Assembly: GCF_035084215.1 (NCBI RefSeq) | Contig: NW_027139401.1 | Span: 1 to 64,000 of the forward strand | Origin: Heptranchias perlo | Taxonomy: Eukaryota | Direction of reading: 5' to 3' | DNA length: 64,000 nucleotides | Part shown: piece by piece, positions 27,135-42,100 of the stretch | Numbering within the stretch: the first letter of the stretch is position 1 | How the letters are laid out: every line of letters begins with the position of its first letter | Notes under the pieces: generated by a model | The model's input: the letters and a program-made list of their open reading frames with translations, nothing else | Told to the model about the DNA's origin: nothing | Databases searched by the model: none | Made by a program: the position numbers and the translations under genes

Positions 27135-28095
27135 TTGTTGCTGGACTCTATATACGGAGGACTGGAATACAAGGTGGTGGGGGGGGTAGAAGTTATTGTA
27201 CAGCGATACAGAGCCCTGGTTAGACCACACCTGGAGTACTGGGTTCAGTTCTGGGCACCGCACCTTGGGAAGGAGATAGTGGCCTTGGAGGGAGTGCAGC
27301 GTAGGTTCACCAGAACGATACCTGGACTCCAAGAGTTAAATTCCGAGGAGAGAACACACAAACTAGGGTTGTATTCCCTGGAATTTAGAAGATTAAGGGG
27401 TGATTTGATCGAAGTTTTTAAGCTATTAAGGGGAACTGATAGGGGAGATAGAGAGAAACTATTTCTGCTGGTTGGGGTCGATGCCGAGAGGATGTCATCC
27501 CTCATGGGGGAATCTAAAACTAGGGGGCATAGTCCCAGAATAAAACGGAAATGAGGAGGAATTTCTTCTCCCAGGGGGTCGTGAATCTTTGGAATTCTTT
27601 ACCCCAAAAAGCTGTGGAGGCCGAGTCACTGAGTACATTCAAGGCCGAGTTCGACACATTTCTGATCAGCGAGGGAGTCAAAGGATATGGGGAAAGGGCG
27701 GGAAAGTGGAGTTGTGGTAAAAATCAGATCAGCCATGATCTCATTGAATGGCGGAGCAGGCTCGAGGGGCCGAATGGCCTACTCCTGCTCCTATCTCTTA
27801 CGGTCTTATGCTCTTATGTTGGGACTGGGGGACACCGTCTAAAAATTCGAGGCAGGACTTTCAAGGGTGAGGTTTGGAAACACTTCGACAGGCAAAGGGT
27901 GGGAGAAGTTTGGAACTCTCTCCCGCAAACGGCAGTCGATGCCAGCTCAGTTGTTCATTTTAAATCTCAGATTGTTCAGTTTTTGTTAACCGAAGGGTAT
28001 TAAGGGACATGGGGCAGAGGTCACAGATCAGCCCTGATCTCAATGAATGGCGGAACGGGCTAGAGGGGCCGAATGGCCTCCTCCTGCTCCTGTGT
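27135..28095 (+). mobile_element. Cluster of tandem CR1 3' fragments
   Basis: LVRPHLEYWVQFWAP.., MRRNFFSQGVVNLWNSLP, second GHRLKIRG..WNSLP segment, two 3' tails. Confidence 0.88.
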
Positions 28096-28443
28096 TGTTT
28101 AATGCCCATGGAGTTAAGCTCTGATTGCCATCATTGTCCGATTCACTGCAACAAAACCAGCCCTCACCGTCAGCACTAACGATAAGAGGTCCAAAGCGTT
28201 TTGGCCAAAAGGGGGCTCGCACCGTTCTAAGCCCCGGAGAGGCTTGGATAACCATGGGCCGCCAACGGAGGGTTCAGACAGCATGTGGGGGAGGGGTGAT
28301 GGGCGAACGGGACGAGTGCGGATACGGAGAGGGGGGGCAGCCGAGAGTTTGGATGAGCTGATGGCTACGGAGGGCACACAGGTGGTGAGGGAAGCTGTGG
28401 GATCTCCGTGTGTGTGTGCGTGTCGAGGTACATCAATACTCAC

Positions 28444-28502
28444 GTAATTGTTGGGAACCGAGGCACGTTCGAAGCTTCGACCATCTGCAGCATTTGCCAA
28501 GC
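28444..28502 (-). CDS. Gene A exon 5: short cytoplasmic exon (GLANAADGRSFERASVPNNY)
   Basis: Acceptor ctctctcatcgtag| (alternative in-frame cag| gives start at 28484), donor TTAC|gtgagt; phase 1 in, phase 0 out; 144-nt intron from the TM exon. Confidence 0.78.
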
Positions 28503-28646
28503 CTACGATGAGAGAGTTCAAGAGACACTGAGGGCCCGGGATAAAACCAGCTCGATTTGACACCCCCGCAAAAAGCTCCCCACCCCAGAGGGTGAAAGGT
28601 CAGCAGTCTGACACACCCATTGATTGAGATGAAGATGATCTCTTAC

Positions 28647-28763
28647 CTTCTGAACGGGAGGAATGTCGACGGCATTTATAAATGGAGAAGGCGACACATG
28701 GAATTAAAAAAACAAGGAGGAGGGCAATGTAGTTGCTGTCAGATGAATTCGTATCAGATACGC
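28647..28763 (-). CDS. Gene A exon 4: stalk and transmembrane helix (GVSDTNSSDSNYIALLLVFLIPCVAFSIYKCRRHSSRSE)
   Basis: Acceptor ccttttcacatcttccag|, donor GAAG|gtaaga, phase 1-1; hydrophobic stretch followed by basic KCRR stop-transfer. Confidence 0.88.
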
Positions 28764-28924
28764 CTGGAAGATGTGAAAAGGACAGAGACAATTTAGGACA
28801 ATTTTACAGGATGATCTTCACCATCACGGAGTCAACTCACCGAGCAATCCGTGGGCAAAATCAGGTCGAGCTCCGTGCGAGGTCAAGGATCAAACAATCC
28901 CAGGGCAGGTACAGGGTTAGATTC

Positions 28925-29830
28925 AATCATAGGAACACAGGAACAGGAGGAGGCCATTCAGCCCCTCGTGCCTGCTCCGCCATTTGATAAGGTCATGGCC
29001 GATCTGTGATCTAACTCCATATACCTGCCTTTGGCCCATATCCCTCAATACCTTTGGTTGCCAAAAAGCCATCGATCTCAGATTTAAATTTAGCAATTGA
29101 GCTAGTATCAACTGCCGTTTGCGGAAGAGAGTTCCAAACTTCTACCCACCCTTTGTGTGTAGAAATGTTTTCTAATCTCGCTCCTGAAAGGTCTGGCTCT
29201 AATTTTTAGACTGTGCCCCCGACTCCTAAAATCCCCAACCAGCGGAAATAGTTTCTCTCTATCCACCCTATCTGTTCCCCTTAATATCTGATAAACTTCG
29301 ATCAGATCACCCCTTAACCTTCGAAACTCCAGAGAATACAACCCCAATTTGTGTAATCTCTCCTCGTAACTTAACCCTTGAAGTCCGGGTATCATTCTAG
29401 TAAACCTCCGCTGCACTCCCTCCAAGGACAATATGTCCTTCCGAAGGTGCGGTGCCCAGAACTGCTCACAGGACTCCAGGTGCGGTCTAACCAGGGTTTT
29501 GTATAGCTGCAGCATAACTTCTGCCCCCTTGCACTCCAGTCCTCTCGATATAAAGGCCAGCATTCCATTAGCCTTATTGATTATTTTCTGCACCTGTTCA
29601 TGACACGTCAATGATCGATGGACCTGAACCCCGAGGTCCCTTTGGACATCCACTGTTTTTAACTTTTTACCATTTAGAAAGTACCCTGTTCTATCCTTTT
29701 TTGATCCAAAGTGGATGACCTCACATTTGTGGTTGGGATCAGATCAGCCATGATCTTATTGAATGGCGGAGCAGGCTCGAGGGGCCGATTGGCCTACTCC
29801 TGCTCCAATTTCTTATGTTCTTATGTTCTT
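28925..29830 (-). mobile_element. CR1 3' fragment, plus a short opposite-strand tail piece at 29731-29830
   Basis: 181-aa ORF QRDLGVQVH..LVRPHLE..RGDLIEVY. Confidence 0.9.
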
Positions 29831-32800
29831 ATTTGCTCCAGCATTCCAGGCCAGGTAGAGGGTTAGATACAGAGTAAAGCTCCCTCTACACTGTCCCATC
29901 AAACACTCCCAGGGACAGGTACAGGGTTAGATACAGAGTAAAGCTCCCTCTACACTGTCCCATCAAACACTCCCAGGGACAGGTACAGGGTTAGATACAG
30001 AGTAAAGCTCCCTCTACACTGTCCCATCAAACACTCCCAGGGCAGGTACAGGGTAAGATACAGAGTAAAGCTCCCTCTACACTGTCCCATCAAACACACC
30101 CAGGGCAGGTACAGGGTAAGATACAGAGTAAAGCTCCCTCTACACTGTCCCATCAAACACACCCAGGGCAGGTACAGGGGAAGATACAGAGTAAAGCTCC
30201 CTCTACACTGTCCCATCAAACACTCCCAGGGCAGGAATAGGGTTAGATAAAGACGAAAGCTCCCTCTACACTGTCCCATCAAACACTCCCAGGGGCAGGT
30301 ACAGGGTTAGATACAGAGTAAAGCTCCCTCTACACTGTCCCATCAAACACTCCCAGGGCAGGTACAGGGTTAGATACAGAGTAAAGCTCCCTCCACACGG
30401 TCCCATCAAACAATCCCAGGGCAGGAACAGGGTAAGATACAGACGAACGCTCTCTCCACACCGTCCCATCAAACAATCCCAGGGCAGGCACACGAGCAGA
30501 TACAGAGTAAAGCTCCCTCTGCACTGTCCCATCAAACAATCGCAGGGCAGGTACAGGGTTAGATGCAGAGTAAAGCTCCCTCTACACTGTCCCGTCAAAC
30601 ACTCCCAGGGCAGGTACAGGGTTAGACACAGAGTAAAGCTCCCTCGACACTGTCCCATCAAACACTCGCAGGGCAGGGACAGGGGTAGATACAGACGAAA
30701 GCTCCCTTCACACGGTCCCATCAAACACTCCCAGGGCAGGTGCAGGGTTAGATACAGAGTAAAGATCCCTCTGCACTGTCCATTCAAACACTCACAGGGC
30801 AGGTACAGGGTTAGATACACAGTAAAGCTCCCTCTACACTGTCTCATCAAACACTCCCAGGGCAGGTAGAGGGTTAGATACAGACGAAAGCTCCCTTCAC
30901 ACGGTCCCATCAAACACTCCCAGGGCAGGTACAGGGTGAGATACAGAGTAAAGCTCCCTCTATACTGTCCCATCAAACACACCCAGGGCAGGTACAGGGT
31001 TAGATACAGAGAAAAGCTCCCTCTATACTGTCCCATCAAACACTCCCAGGGCAGGTACAGCGTTAGATACAGAGTAAAGCTCCCTCCACACCGTCCCATC
31101 AAACAATCCCAGGGCAGGTACAGGGTTAGATACAGAGTAAAATTCTCTCGACACTGTCCCATCAAACACTCCGAGGGCATGTACAGGGTTAGATACAGAC
31201 GAAAGCTCCCTCTACACTGTCCCATCAGACACTCCCAGGGCAGGTACAGGGTTAGATACAGAGTAAAGATCCCTCTGAACTGTCCCATCAAACACTCACA
31301 GGGCAGGTACAGGGTTAGATACAGAGTAAAGCTCCCTTCAAGCTGTCCCATCAAACACTCCCAGGGCAGGTACAGGGTTAGATACAGAGTAAACCTCCCT
31401 CCACACTGTTCCATCAAACACTCCCAGGGCAGGTGCAGGGTTAGATAGAGAGTAAAGCTCCCTCTGCACTGTCCCATCCAACACTCCCCGGACAGGTACA
31501 GGGTTAGATACAGAGTAATGCTCCCTCTACACTGTCCCGTCAAACAGTCCCAGGGCAGGTACAGGGTTAGACACAGAGTAAAGCTCCCTCGATACTGTCC
31601 CATCAAACACTCCCAGGGCAGGTACAGGGTTAGATACAGAGTAAAGCTCCCTCCACACTGTCCCATCAAAAAATCCCAGCCCAGCTGCAGGGTGAGTTAC
31701 AGAGGAAATCTCCCTCTGCACTGTCCCATCAAACACTCGCAGGGCAGGGACAGGGTTGGATACAGAGTAAAGCTCCCTCTACAATGTCCTGTCAAACACT
31801 CCCAGACGAGGGACAGGGTTAAATACAGAGTAAAGCTCCTTCAACACTGTCCCATCAAACACTCACAGGGCAGGTACAGGGTTAGATACAGAGTAAAGCT
31901 CCCTCTGCACTGTCCATTCAAACACTCACAGGGCAGGTACAGGGTCAGATACAGACGAAAGCTCCCTCCACACGGTCCCATCAAACACTCACAGGGCAGG
32001 TAGAGGGTTAGATACAGAGAAAAGCTCCCTCTGCACTGTCCCATCAAACACTCCCAGGGTCACGTGCAGGGTTAGATACAGAGAAAAGCTCCCTCCACAC
32101 CGTCCCGTCAAACAATCCCAGGGCAGGTACAGGATTAGATACAGAGTAAAGCTCCCTCTACACTGTCCCATCAAACACTCCCAGGGCCAGGTACAGGGTT
32201 AGATACAGACGAAAGCTCCCTCTACACTGTCCCATCAAAGACTCCCAGGGAAGGCAAAGGGATTGACACAGAGAAAAGCTGCCTTAACACTGTTTCATCA
32301 AACACTCCCAGGGCAGGTGCAGGGTTAGATACAGAGTAAACCTCCCTCCACACTGTCCCATCAAATACTCACAGGGCAGTTGCAGGGTCAGATACAGAGT
32401 AAAGCTCCCTCTACACTATCCCATCAAACACTCCCAGGGCAGGTACAGGGTTAGATCCAGACTAAAGCTCCCTCTACACGTTCCCATCAAACACTCACAG
32501 GGCAGGTACAGGGTTAGATACAGAGTAAAGCTCCCTCTACACTGTCCAATCAAACACTCCCAGGACAGGTACAGGGTTAGATACAGAGTAAAGCTCCCTC
32601 TGCACTGTCCCATCAAACACTCCCAGGGCAGGTGCAGCGTTAGATACAGAGTAAACCTCCCTCCACACTGTTCCATCAAACACTCCCAAGGCAGGTGCAG
32701 GGTGAGATGGAGAGTAAAGCTCCCTCTACATTGGGCACGTCAAAAACTCCCAGGACAGGTGCAGGGTTAGATCCAGAGAAAAACACCCTCAACACTGTCC

Positions 32801-33781
32801 CATCAAACACTCCCAGGGCAAGTACAGGGTTAGATACAGAGTAAAGCTCCCTCTACACTGTCCCATCAATAACTCCCAGGGCAGGGACAGGGTTAGATAC
32901 AGAGTAAAGCTCCCTCTCCATTGTCCCATCAAACACTCCCAGGGCAGGTACAGGGTTAGATACAGAGCAAAGCTCCCTCTACACTGTCCCATCAAACACT
33001 CCCAGGGCAGGTCCAGGGTTAGATATGGAGTAAAGCTCCCTCTACACTGTCCCATCAAATACTCCCAGGGCAGGTCCAGGTTTAGATATCGAGTAAAGCT
33101 CCCTCGACACTGTCCCGTCAAACAATCCCAGGCCAGGTACCGGGTTAGATACAGAGGAAAGCTCCCTCGACACTATCCCATCAAACACTCCCAGGGCAGG
33201 TACAGGGTTAGATACAGAGTAAAGCTCCCTCTACATTGTCCCATCAAACACTCGCAGGGCAGGTACAGGGTTAGATACAGAGTAAAGCTCCCTCTGCACT
33301 GTCCCATCAAACACTCCCAGGGCAGGTACAGGGTTAGATACAGAGTAAAGCTCCCTCTGCACTGTCCCATCAAACACTCCCAGGGCAGGTACAGGGTTAG
33401 ATACAGAGTAAAGCTCCCTCTGCACTGTCCCATCAAACACTCCCAGGGCAGGTACAGGGTTAGATACAGAGTAAAGCTCCCTCTACACTGTCCCATCAAA
33501 CACTCCCAGGGCAGCTACAGGGTTAGATATGGAGTAAAGGTCACTCTGCACTGTCCCGTCAAACACTCACAGACGAGGTACAGGTTAGATACAGAGTAAA
33601 GCTCCCTCTACACTGTCCCATCAAACACTCCCAGCGCAGGTGCAGGGTGAGATACAGAGTAAAGCTCCCTCTGCACTGTCCCATCAAATACTCCCAGGGC
33701 AGGTCCAGGTTTAGATATCAAGTAAAGCTCCCTCGACACTGTCCCAGCAAACACTCCCAGGCCAGGTACCGGGTTAGATAC

Positions 33782-34292
33782 ATAGAATCATAGAATCATA
33801 GAAGTTACAACATGGAAACAGGCCCTTCGGCCCAACATGTCCATGTCGCCCAGTTTATACCACTAAGCTAGTCCCAATTGCCTGCACTTGGCCCATATCC
33901 CTCGATACCCATCTTACCCATGTAACTGTCCAAATGCTTTTTAAAAGACAAAATTGTACCCGCCTCTACTACTGCCTCTGGCAGCTCGTTCCAGACACTC
34001 ACCACCCTTTGAGTGAAAAAATTGCCCCTCTGGACCCTTTTGTATCTCTCCCCTCTCACCTTAAATCTGTGCCCCCTCGTTATAGACTCCCCTACCTTTG
34101 GGAAAAGATTTTGACTATCGACCTTATCTATGCCCCTCATTATTTTATAGACTTCTATAAGATCTCCCCTTAACCTCCTACTCTCCAGGGAAAAAAGTCC
34201 CAGTCTGTCTAACCTCTCCCTGTAAGTCAAACCATCAAGTCCCGGTAGCATCCTCGTAAATCTTTTCTGCACTCTTTCTAGTTTAATAATAT
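33782..34292 (-). mobile_element. CR1 3' end inserted in the 63-bp satellite (same subfamily as 24341-27087)
   Basis: Near-identical to 24345-24848. Confidence 0.93.
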
Positions 34293-34327
34293 CAATACAG
34301 AGTAATACAGAGTAAAGCTCCCTCGAC

Positions 34328-36183
34328 AGGAGGGGCCATGAAATAAAGGAAAATCCTAAGATGTTTTATAAGTATATTAAGGGTAAGAGGATGACTAGGG
34401 AAAAAATAGGGCCCATTAGGGACAAAAATGGCAATCTGTGTGTGGAGCCGGCAGATGTAGGAGGGGTTCTAAATGAATTTTTTGCATCTGTTTTCACTAT
34501 GGAGAAGGACGATGTAGACATAGAAATACGGCAGGGGGACTGTGATATACTCGAACATATTAACATCGAGCGGGAGGAGGTATTGGCGGTTTTAGCAGGC
34601 CTAAAAATGGATAAATCCCCAGGCCCGGACGAAATGTATCCCAGGCTACTGTGTGAGGCAAAGGAGGAGATTGCGGGGGCTCTGACACATATATTCAGAA
34701 CCTCTCTGGCCACAGGGGATGTGCCAGAGGACTGGAGAACCGCTAATGTAATACCATTATTCAAGAAGGGGAGTAGGGAAAAACCGGGGAACTACAGGCC
34801 AGTGAGCCTAACATCAGTGGTAGGAAAATTATTGGAAAAAATTCTGAAGGACAAAATTAGTCTCCACTTGGAGAAGCAAGGATTAATCAGGGATAGTCAA
34901 CATGGCTTTGTCAAGGGAAGATCATGTCTGACTAATTTGATTGAATTTTTTGAGGGGGTGACTAGGCGTGTGGATGAGGGTAACGCAGTGGATGTGGTAT
35001 ACATGGATTTCAGTAAGGCCTTCGATAAAGTCCCGCACAGGAGACTGGTCAAGAAGGTACGAGCCCATGGAATCCAGGGTGCCTTGGCACTTTGGATACA
35101 AAACTGGCTTAGTGGCAGAAGGCAGAGGGTGATGGTCGAAGGTTGTTTTTGTGACTGGAAGCCTGTGGCCAGTGGGGTACCACAGGGATCGGTGCTGGGT
35201 CCCTTGCTGTTTGTGGTCTACATTGATGACTTGGATATGAATGTAAAAGGTATGATCAGTAAGTTCGCTGATGATACAAAAATTGGTAGGGTGGTAAATA
35301 GCGAGGAGGATAGCCTCAGTCTGCAGGACGATATAGATGGGTTGGTCAGATGGGCGGAACAGTGGCAAATGGAATTTAACCCGGAAAAGTGCGAGGTGAT
35401 GCAGTTTGGAGGGACTAACAAGGCAAGGGAATACACAATGAATGGGAGGACCCTAGGCAAGACAGAGGGTCAGAGGGATCTTGGTGTGCAAGTTCACAGA
35501 TCCCTGAAGGCGGCGGAACAGGTCGATAAGGTGGTAAAGAAGGCATATGGGATACTTGCCTTTATTAGCCGAGGCATAGAATATAAGAGCAAGGAGGTTA
35601 TGATGGAGCTGTATAAAACACTGGTTAGGCCACAGCTGGAGTACTGTGTGCAGTTCTGGTCGCCACACTACAGGAAGGATGTGATCGCTTTGGAGAGGGT
35701 GCAGAGGAGATTCACCAGGATGTTACCAGGGCTGGAGCGCTTCAGCTATGAAGAGAGACTGGGAAGATTGGGTTTGTTTTCCTTGGAGCAGAGGAGGCTG
35801 AGGGGGGACATGATTGAGGTGTACAAAATTATGAGGGGCACAGATAGGATGGATACTAAGGAGCTTTTTCCCTTCGTTGAGGGTACTATAACAAGGGGAC
35901 ATAGATTCAAGGTAAAAGGCGGGAGGTTTAGAGGGGATTTGAGAAAGAACTTTTTCACCCAGAGGGTGGTTGGAGTCTGGAACTCACTGCCTGAAAGGGT
36001 TGTGGAGGCAGGAACCCTCACAACATTCAAGAAGCATTTGGATGAGCACTTGAAATGCCACAGCATACAAGGCGACGGACCAAATGCTGGAATATGGGAT
36101 TAGAGCAGACAGGGCTGATGGCCGGCGCGGACACGATGGGCCGAAGGGCCTCTATCCGTGCTGTATAACTCTATGACTCTATG
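34328..36183 (+). mobile_element. 5'-truncated young CR1 with uninterrupted 580-aa RT ORF
   Basis: ORF 34361-36103 with NYRPVSLTS, QHGF, GVPQGSVLGP, FADD; ctctatga tail. Confidence 0.96.
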
Positions 36184-39100
36184 ACAGGTACAGGGTTAGA
36201 TACAGAGTAAAGCTCCACCTACACTGTCCCATCAAACAATCCCAGGCTAGGTATAGGGTTCGATACAGAGTAATGCTCCCTCTACACTGTTCCATCAAAC
36301 ACTCCCAAGGCAGGTAAAGGATTAGATAGAGAGTAAAGTTCCCTCTGCACTGTCCCTTCAATAACTCCCAGGGTCAGGTACAGGGTTAGATACAGAGAAA
36401 AGCTCCTTCTGCACTGTCCCATCAAACACTCCCAGGGCAGGTACAGGGTTAGATCCAGAGTAAAGCTCCCTCTACACTGTCCCATCAAACACTCCCAGGG
36501 CAGGTACAGGGTTAGATACAGAGTAAAGCTCCCTCTACACTGTCCCGTCAAACACTCCCAGGGCAGGTACAGGGTTAGATACAGAGTAAAGCTCCCTCCA
36601 CACTGTCCCATCAAACACTCCCAGGGCAGGTACAGGGTTAGATACAGAGTAAAGCTCCCTCTACACTGTCCCATCAAACACTCCCAGGGCAGGTACAGGG
36701 TTAGATACAGAGTAAAGCTCCCTCTACACTGTCCCATCAAACACTCCCAGGGCAGGTACAGGGTTAGATCCAGAGTAAAGCTCCCTCTACACTGTCCCAT
36801 CAAACACTCCCAGGGCAGGTACAGGGTTAGATACAGAGTAAAGCTCCCTCTACACTGTCCCATCAAACACTCCCAGGGCAGGTACAGGGTTAGATACAGA
36901 GTAAAGCTCCCTCTACACTGTCCCATCAAACACTCCCAGGGCAGGTACAGGGTTAGATCCAGAGTAAAGCTCCCTCTACACTGTCCCATCAAACACTCCC
37001 AGGGCAGATCCAGGATTAGGTACAGAGTAAAGCTCCCTCTACACTGTCCCATCAAACACTCCCAGGGCAGGTACAGGGTTAGATGCAGAGTAAAGCTCCC
37101 TCTGCACTGTCCCATCAAACACTCCCAGGGCAGGTACAGGGTTAGATACAGAGTAAAGCTCCCTCTACACTGTCCCATCAAACACTCCCAGGGCAGGTAC
37201 AGGGTTAGATACAGAGTAAAGCTCCCTCTACACTGTCCCATCAAACACTCCCAGGGCAGGTACAGCGTTAGAGACAGAGTAAAGCTCCCTCTACACGGTC
37301 CCATCAAACACTCCCAGGGCAGCTACAGGGTTAGATATAGAGTAAAGGTCCCTCTGCACTGTTCCGTCAAACACTCACAGACGAGGGACAGGGTTGGATA
37401 CAGAGCAAAGCTCCCTCTACACTGTCCCATCAAATATTCCCAGGCCAGGTCCTGGGATCGATACAGAGTAAAGCTCCCTCTGCACTGTCCCATCAAACAC
37501 TCCCTGGGCAGGTACAGCGTGAGATACAGAGTAAAGCTCCCTCTACACTGTCCCATCAAATACTCCCAGGGCAGGTACAGGGTGAGATACAGACTAAAGC
37601 TCCCTCTACACTGTCCCATCAAATACTCCCAGGGCAGGTCCAGGTTTAGAGATGGAGTAAAGCTCCCTCGACACTGTCTCATCAAACAATCCCAGGCCAG
37701 GTACCGGGTGAGATACAGAGTAAAGCTCCCTCTACACTATCCCATCAAACACTCCCAGGGCAGGTACAGGGTGAGATAGAGAGTAAAGCTCCCTCTACAT
37801 TGTGCACATGAAAAAATCCCAGGACAGGTGCAGGGTTAGATCCAGAGAAAAACACCCTCAACACTGTCCCATCAAACACTCACAGGGCAGGTACAGGGTG
37901 AGATATAGAGTAAAGGTCCCTCTGCACTGTCCCGTCAAACACTCACAGACGAGGGACAGGGTTAGATACAGAGTAAAGCTCACTCTACACTGTCCCATCA
38001 AATATTCCCAGGCCAGGTACTGGGATAGATACAGAGTAAAGCTCCCTCTACACTGTCCCATCAAACACTCCCAGAGCAGGTACAGGGTCAGATAGAGAGT
38101 AAAGCTCCCTCTGCATTGTGCACGTCAAAAACTCCCAGGACAGGTGCAGGGTTAGATCCAGAGAAAAACACCCTCTACACTGTCCCATCAAACACTCCCA
38201 GGGCAGGTACAGGGTTAGATACAGAGTAAAGCTCCCTCTGCACTGTCCCATCAAACACTCCCAGGGCAGGTACAGGGTTAGACACAGACGAAAGCTCCCT
38301 CTACACGGTCCCATCAAACACTCCCAGGGCAGGTACAGGGTTAGATACAGACTAAAGCTCCCTCTACACGTTCCCATCAAACACTCCCAGGGCAGGTACA
38401 GGGTTAGATACAGAGTAAAGCTCCCTCTACACTGTCCCATCGAACACTCCCAGGACAGGTACAGGGTTAGATACAGAGTAAAGCTCCCTCCACACTGTCC
38501 CATCAAACACTCCCAGGGCAGGGACAGGGTAAGATACACAGTAAAGCTACCTGTACACTGTCCCATCAAACACTCACAGGGCAGGTACAGGGTTAGATAC
38601 AGAGTAAAGCTCCCTCCACACTGTCCCATCAAACACTCCCAGGGCAGGTACAGGGTAAGATACACAGTAAAGCTACCTGTACACTGTCCCATCAAACACT
38701 CACAGGGCAGGTACAGGGTTACGTACAGAGTAAAGCTCCCTCTACACTGTTCCATCAAACACTCCCAGGACAGGTACAGGGTTAGATACAGAGTAAAGCT
38801 CCCTCCACACGGTCCCATCAAACACTCCCAGGGCAGGTACAGGGTTAGATACAGAGTAAAGCTCCCTCTACACTGTCCAATCAAACACTCCCAGGGCAGG
38901 TACAGGGTTAGATACAGAGTAAAGCTCCCTCTGCACTGTCCCATCAAACACTCCCAGGGCAGGTACAGGGTTAGACACAGACGAAAGCTCCCTCTACACG
39001 GTCCCATCAAACACTCCCAGGGCAGGTACAGGGTTAGATACAGACTAAAGCTCCCTCTACACGTTCCCATCAAACACTCCCAGGGCAGGTACAGGGTTAG

Positions 39101-42100
39101 ATACAGAGTAAAGCTCCCTCTACACTGTCCCATCGAACACTCCCAGGGCAGGTACAGGGTTAGATACAGAGTAAAGCTCCCTCCACACTGTCCCATCAAA
39201 CACTCCCAGGGCAGGTACAGGGTAAGATACACAGTAAAGCTACCTGCACACTGTCCCATCAAACACTCACAGGGCAGGTACAGGGTTACGTACAGAGTAA
39301 AGCTCCCTCTACACTGTTCCATCAAACACTCTCAGGACAGGTACAGGGTTAGATACAGAGTAAAGCTCCCTCCACACGGTCCCATCAAACACTCCCAGGG
39401 CAGGTACAGGGTTAGATACAGAGTAAAGCTCCCTCTACACTGTCCAATCAAACACTCCCAGGACAGGTACAGGGTTAGATACAGAGGAAAGCTCCCTCTG
39501 CACTGTCCCATCAAACACTCCCAGGGCAGGTACAGCGTTAGATACAGAGTAAACCTCCCTCCACACTGTTCCATCAAACACTCCCAAGGCAGGTACAGGG
39601 TGAGATGGAGAGTAAAGCTCCCTCTACATTGGGCACGTCAAAAACTCCCAGGACAGGTGCAGGGTTAGATCCAGAGAAAAACACCCTCAACACTGTCCCA
39701 TCAAACACTCCCAGGGCAGGTACAGGGTTAGATACAGAGTAAAGCTCCCTCTACACTGTCCCATCAATAACTCCCAGGGCAGGTACAGGGTTAGATACAG
39801 AGAAAAGCTCCTTCTGCACTGTCCCATCAAACACTCCCAGGGCAGATACAGGGTTAGATACAGAGTAAAGCTCCCTCCACACGGTCCCATCAAACACTCC
39901 CAGGGCAGCTACAGGGTGAGATATAGAGTAAAGGTCCCTCTGCACTGTCCCGTCAAACACTCACAGACGAGGGACAGGGTGAGATACAGAGTAAAGCTCC
40001 CTCTACACTGTCCCATCAAATATTCCCAGGCCAGGTACTGGGATAGATACAGAGTAAAGCTCCCTCTACACTGTCCCATGAAACACTCCCAGGGCAGGTA
40101 CAGGGTTAGATACAGAGTAAAGCTCCCTCTACACTGTCCCATGAAACACTCCCAGGCCAGGGACTGGGATAGATACAGAGTAAAGCTCCCTCTACACTGT
40201 CCCATCAAATACTCCCAGGGCAGGTCCAGGTTTAGATACAGAGTAAAGCTCCACCTGCACTGTCCCATCAAACAATCCCAGGCCAGGTACAGGGTTAGAT
40301 ACAGAGTAATGCTCCCTCTACACTGTTCCATCAAACACTCCCAAGGCAGGTGCAGGGTTAGATACAGAGTAAAGCTCCCTCTGCATTATGCACGTCAAAA
40401 ACTCCCAGGACTGGTGCAGGGTTAGATCCAGAGAAAAACACCCTCAACACTGTCCCATCAAACACTCCCAGGGCAGGTACAGGGTTAGATACAGAGAAAA
40501 GCTCCTTCTGCACTATCCCATCAAACACTCCCAGGGCAGGTACAGGGTTAGATCCAGAGTAAAACTCCCTCCACACTGTCCCATCAAACACTCCCAGGGC
40601 AGATCCAGAATTAGGTGCAGAGTAAAGCTCCCTCTACACTGTCCCATCAAACAGTCCCAGGGCAGGTACAGGGTTAGATAGAGAGTAAAGCTCCCTCTCC
40701 ACTGTCCCATCTAACACTCCCAGGACAGGTACAGGGTTAGATACAGAGTAAAGCTCCCTCCACACTGTCCCATCAAACACTCCCAGGGCAGGTACAGGGT
40801 TAGATACAGAGTAATGCTCCCTCTATACTGTCCAATCAAACACTCCCAGGGCAGGTACAGGGTTAGATACAGAGTAAAGCTCCCTCTACACTGTCTCATC
40901 AATAACTCCCAGGGCAGGTACAGGGTTAGATACAGAGAAAAGCTCCTTCTGCACTGTCCCATCAAACACTCCCTGGGCAGATACAGGGTTAGATACAGAG
41001 TAAAGCTCCCTCTACACGGTCCCATCAAACACTCCCAGGGCAGCGACAGGGTGAGATATAGAGTAAAGGTCCCTCTGCACTGTCAAGTCAAACACTCACA
41101 GACGAGGGACAGGGTGAGATACAGAGTAAAGCTCCCTCTACACTGTCCCATCAAATATTCCCAGGCCAGGTACTGGGATCGATACAGAGTAAAGCTCCCT
41201 CTACACTGTCCCATCAAACACTCCCAGGGCAGGGACAGGGTTAGATATAGAGTAAAGCTCCCTCTACACTGTCCCATCAAATACTCCCAGGGCAGGTCCA
41301 GGTTTAGATACAGAGTAAAGCTCCACCTACACTGTCCCATCAAACAATCCCAGGCCAGGTACAGGGTTCGATACAGAGGAATGCTCCCTCTACACTGTCC
41401 CATCAAACACTCCCAAGGCAGGTGCAGGGTTAGATACAGAGTCCAGCTCCCTCAACACTGTTCCATCAAACACTCCCAAGGCAGGTACAGGTTGAGATAG
41501 AGAGTAAAGCTCCCTCTGCATTGTGCACGTCAAAAACTCCCAGGACAGGTGCAGGGTTAGATCCAGAGAAAAACACCCTCAACACTGTCCCATCAAACAC
41601 TCCCAGGGCAGATCCAGAATTAGGTGCAGAGTAAAGCTCCCTCTACACTGTCCCATCAAACACTCCCAGGGCAGGTACAGGGTTAGATACAGAGTAAAGC
41701 TCCCTCTGCAGTGTCCCATCAAACACTCCCAGGGTCAGGTGCAGGGTTAGATACAGAGTAAAGCTCCCTCTGCACTGTCCCATCAAACACTCCCAGGGCA
41801 GGTGCAGGTTTAAAGATAGAGTAAAGCTCCCTCTACTCTGTCCCGTCAAACACACCCAGGGCAGGTACAGGGTTAGATACAGAGTGAAGCTCCCTCTGCA
41901 CTGTCCCAACAAACACTCCCAGGTCAGGTACAGGGTTAGATACAGAGTAAAGCTCCCTCTACACTGTCCCATCCAACACTCCCAGGGCAGGTACAGGCTG
42001 AGATACAGAGTAAAGCTCCCTCTCCATTGTCCCATCAAACACTCCCAGGGTCAGGTACAGGGTTAGATACAGAGTAAAACTCCCTCTACACTGTCCCGTC

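Noticed and set aside
34361-36103. Intact RT ORF as an autonomous or domesticated gene
   Set aside because: 5'-truncated, with no ORF1, endonuclease or promoter; an ordinary young CR1 insertion
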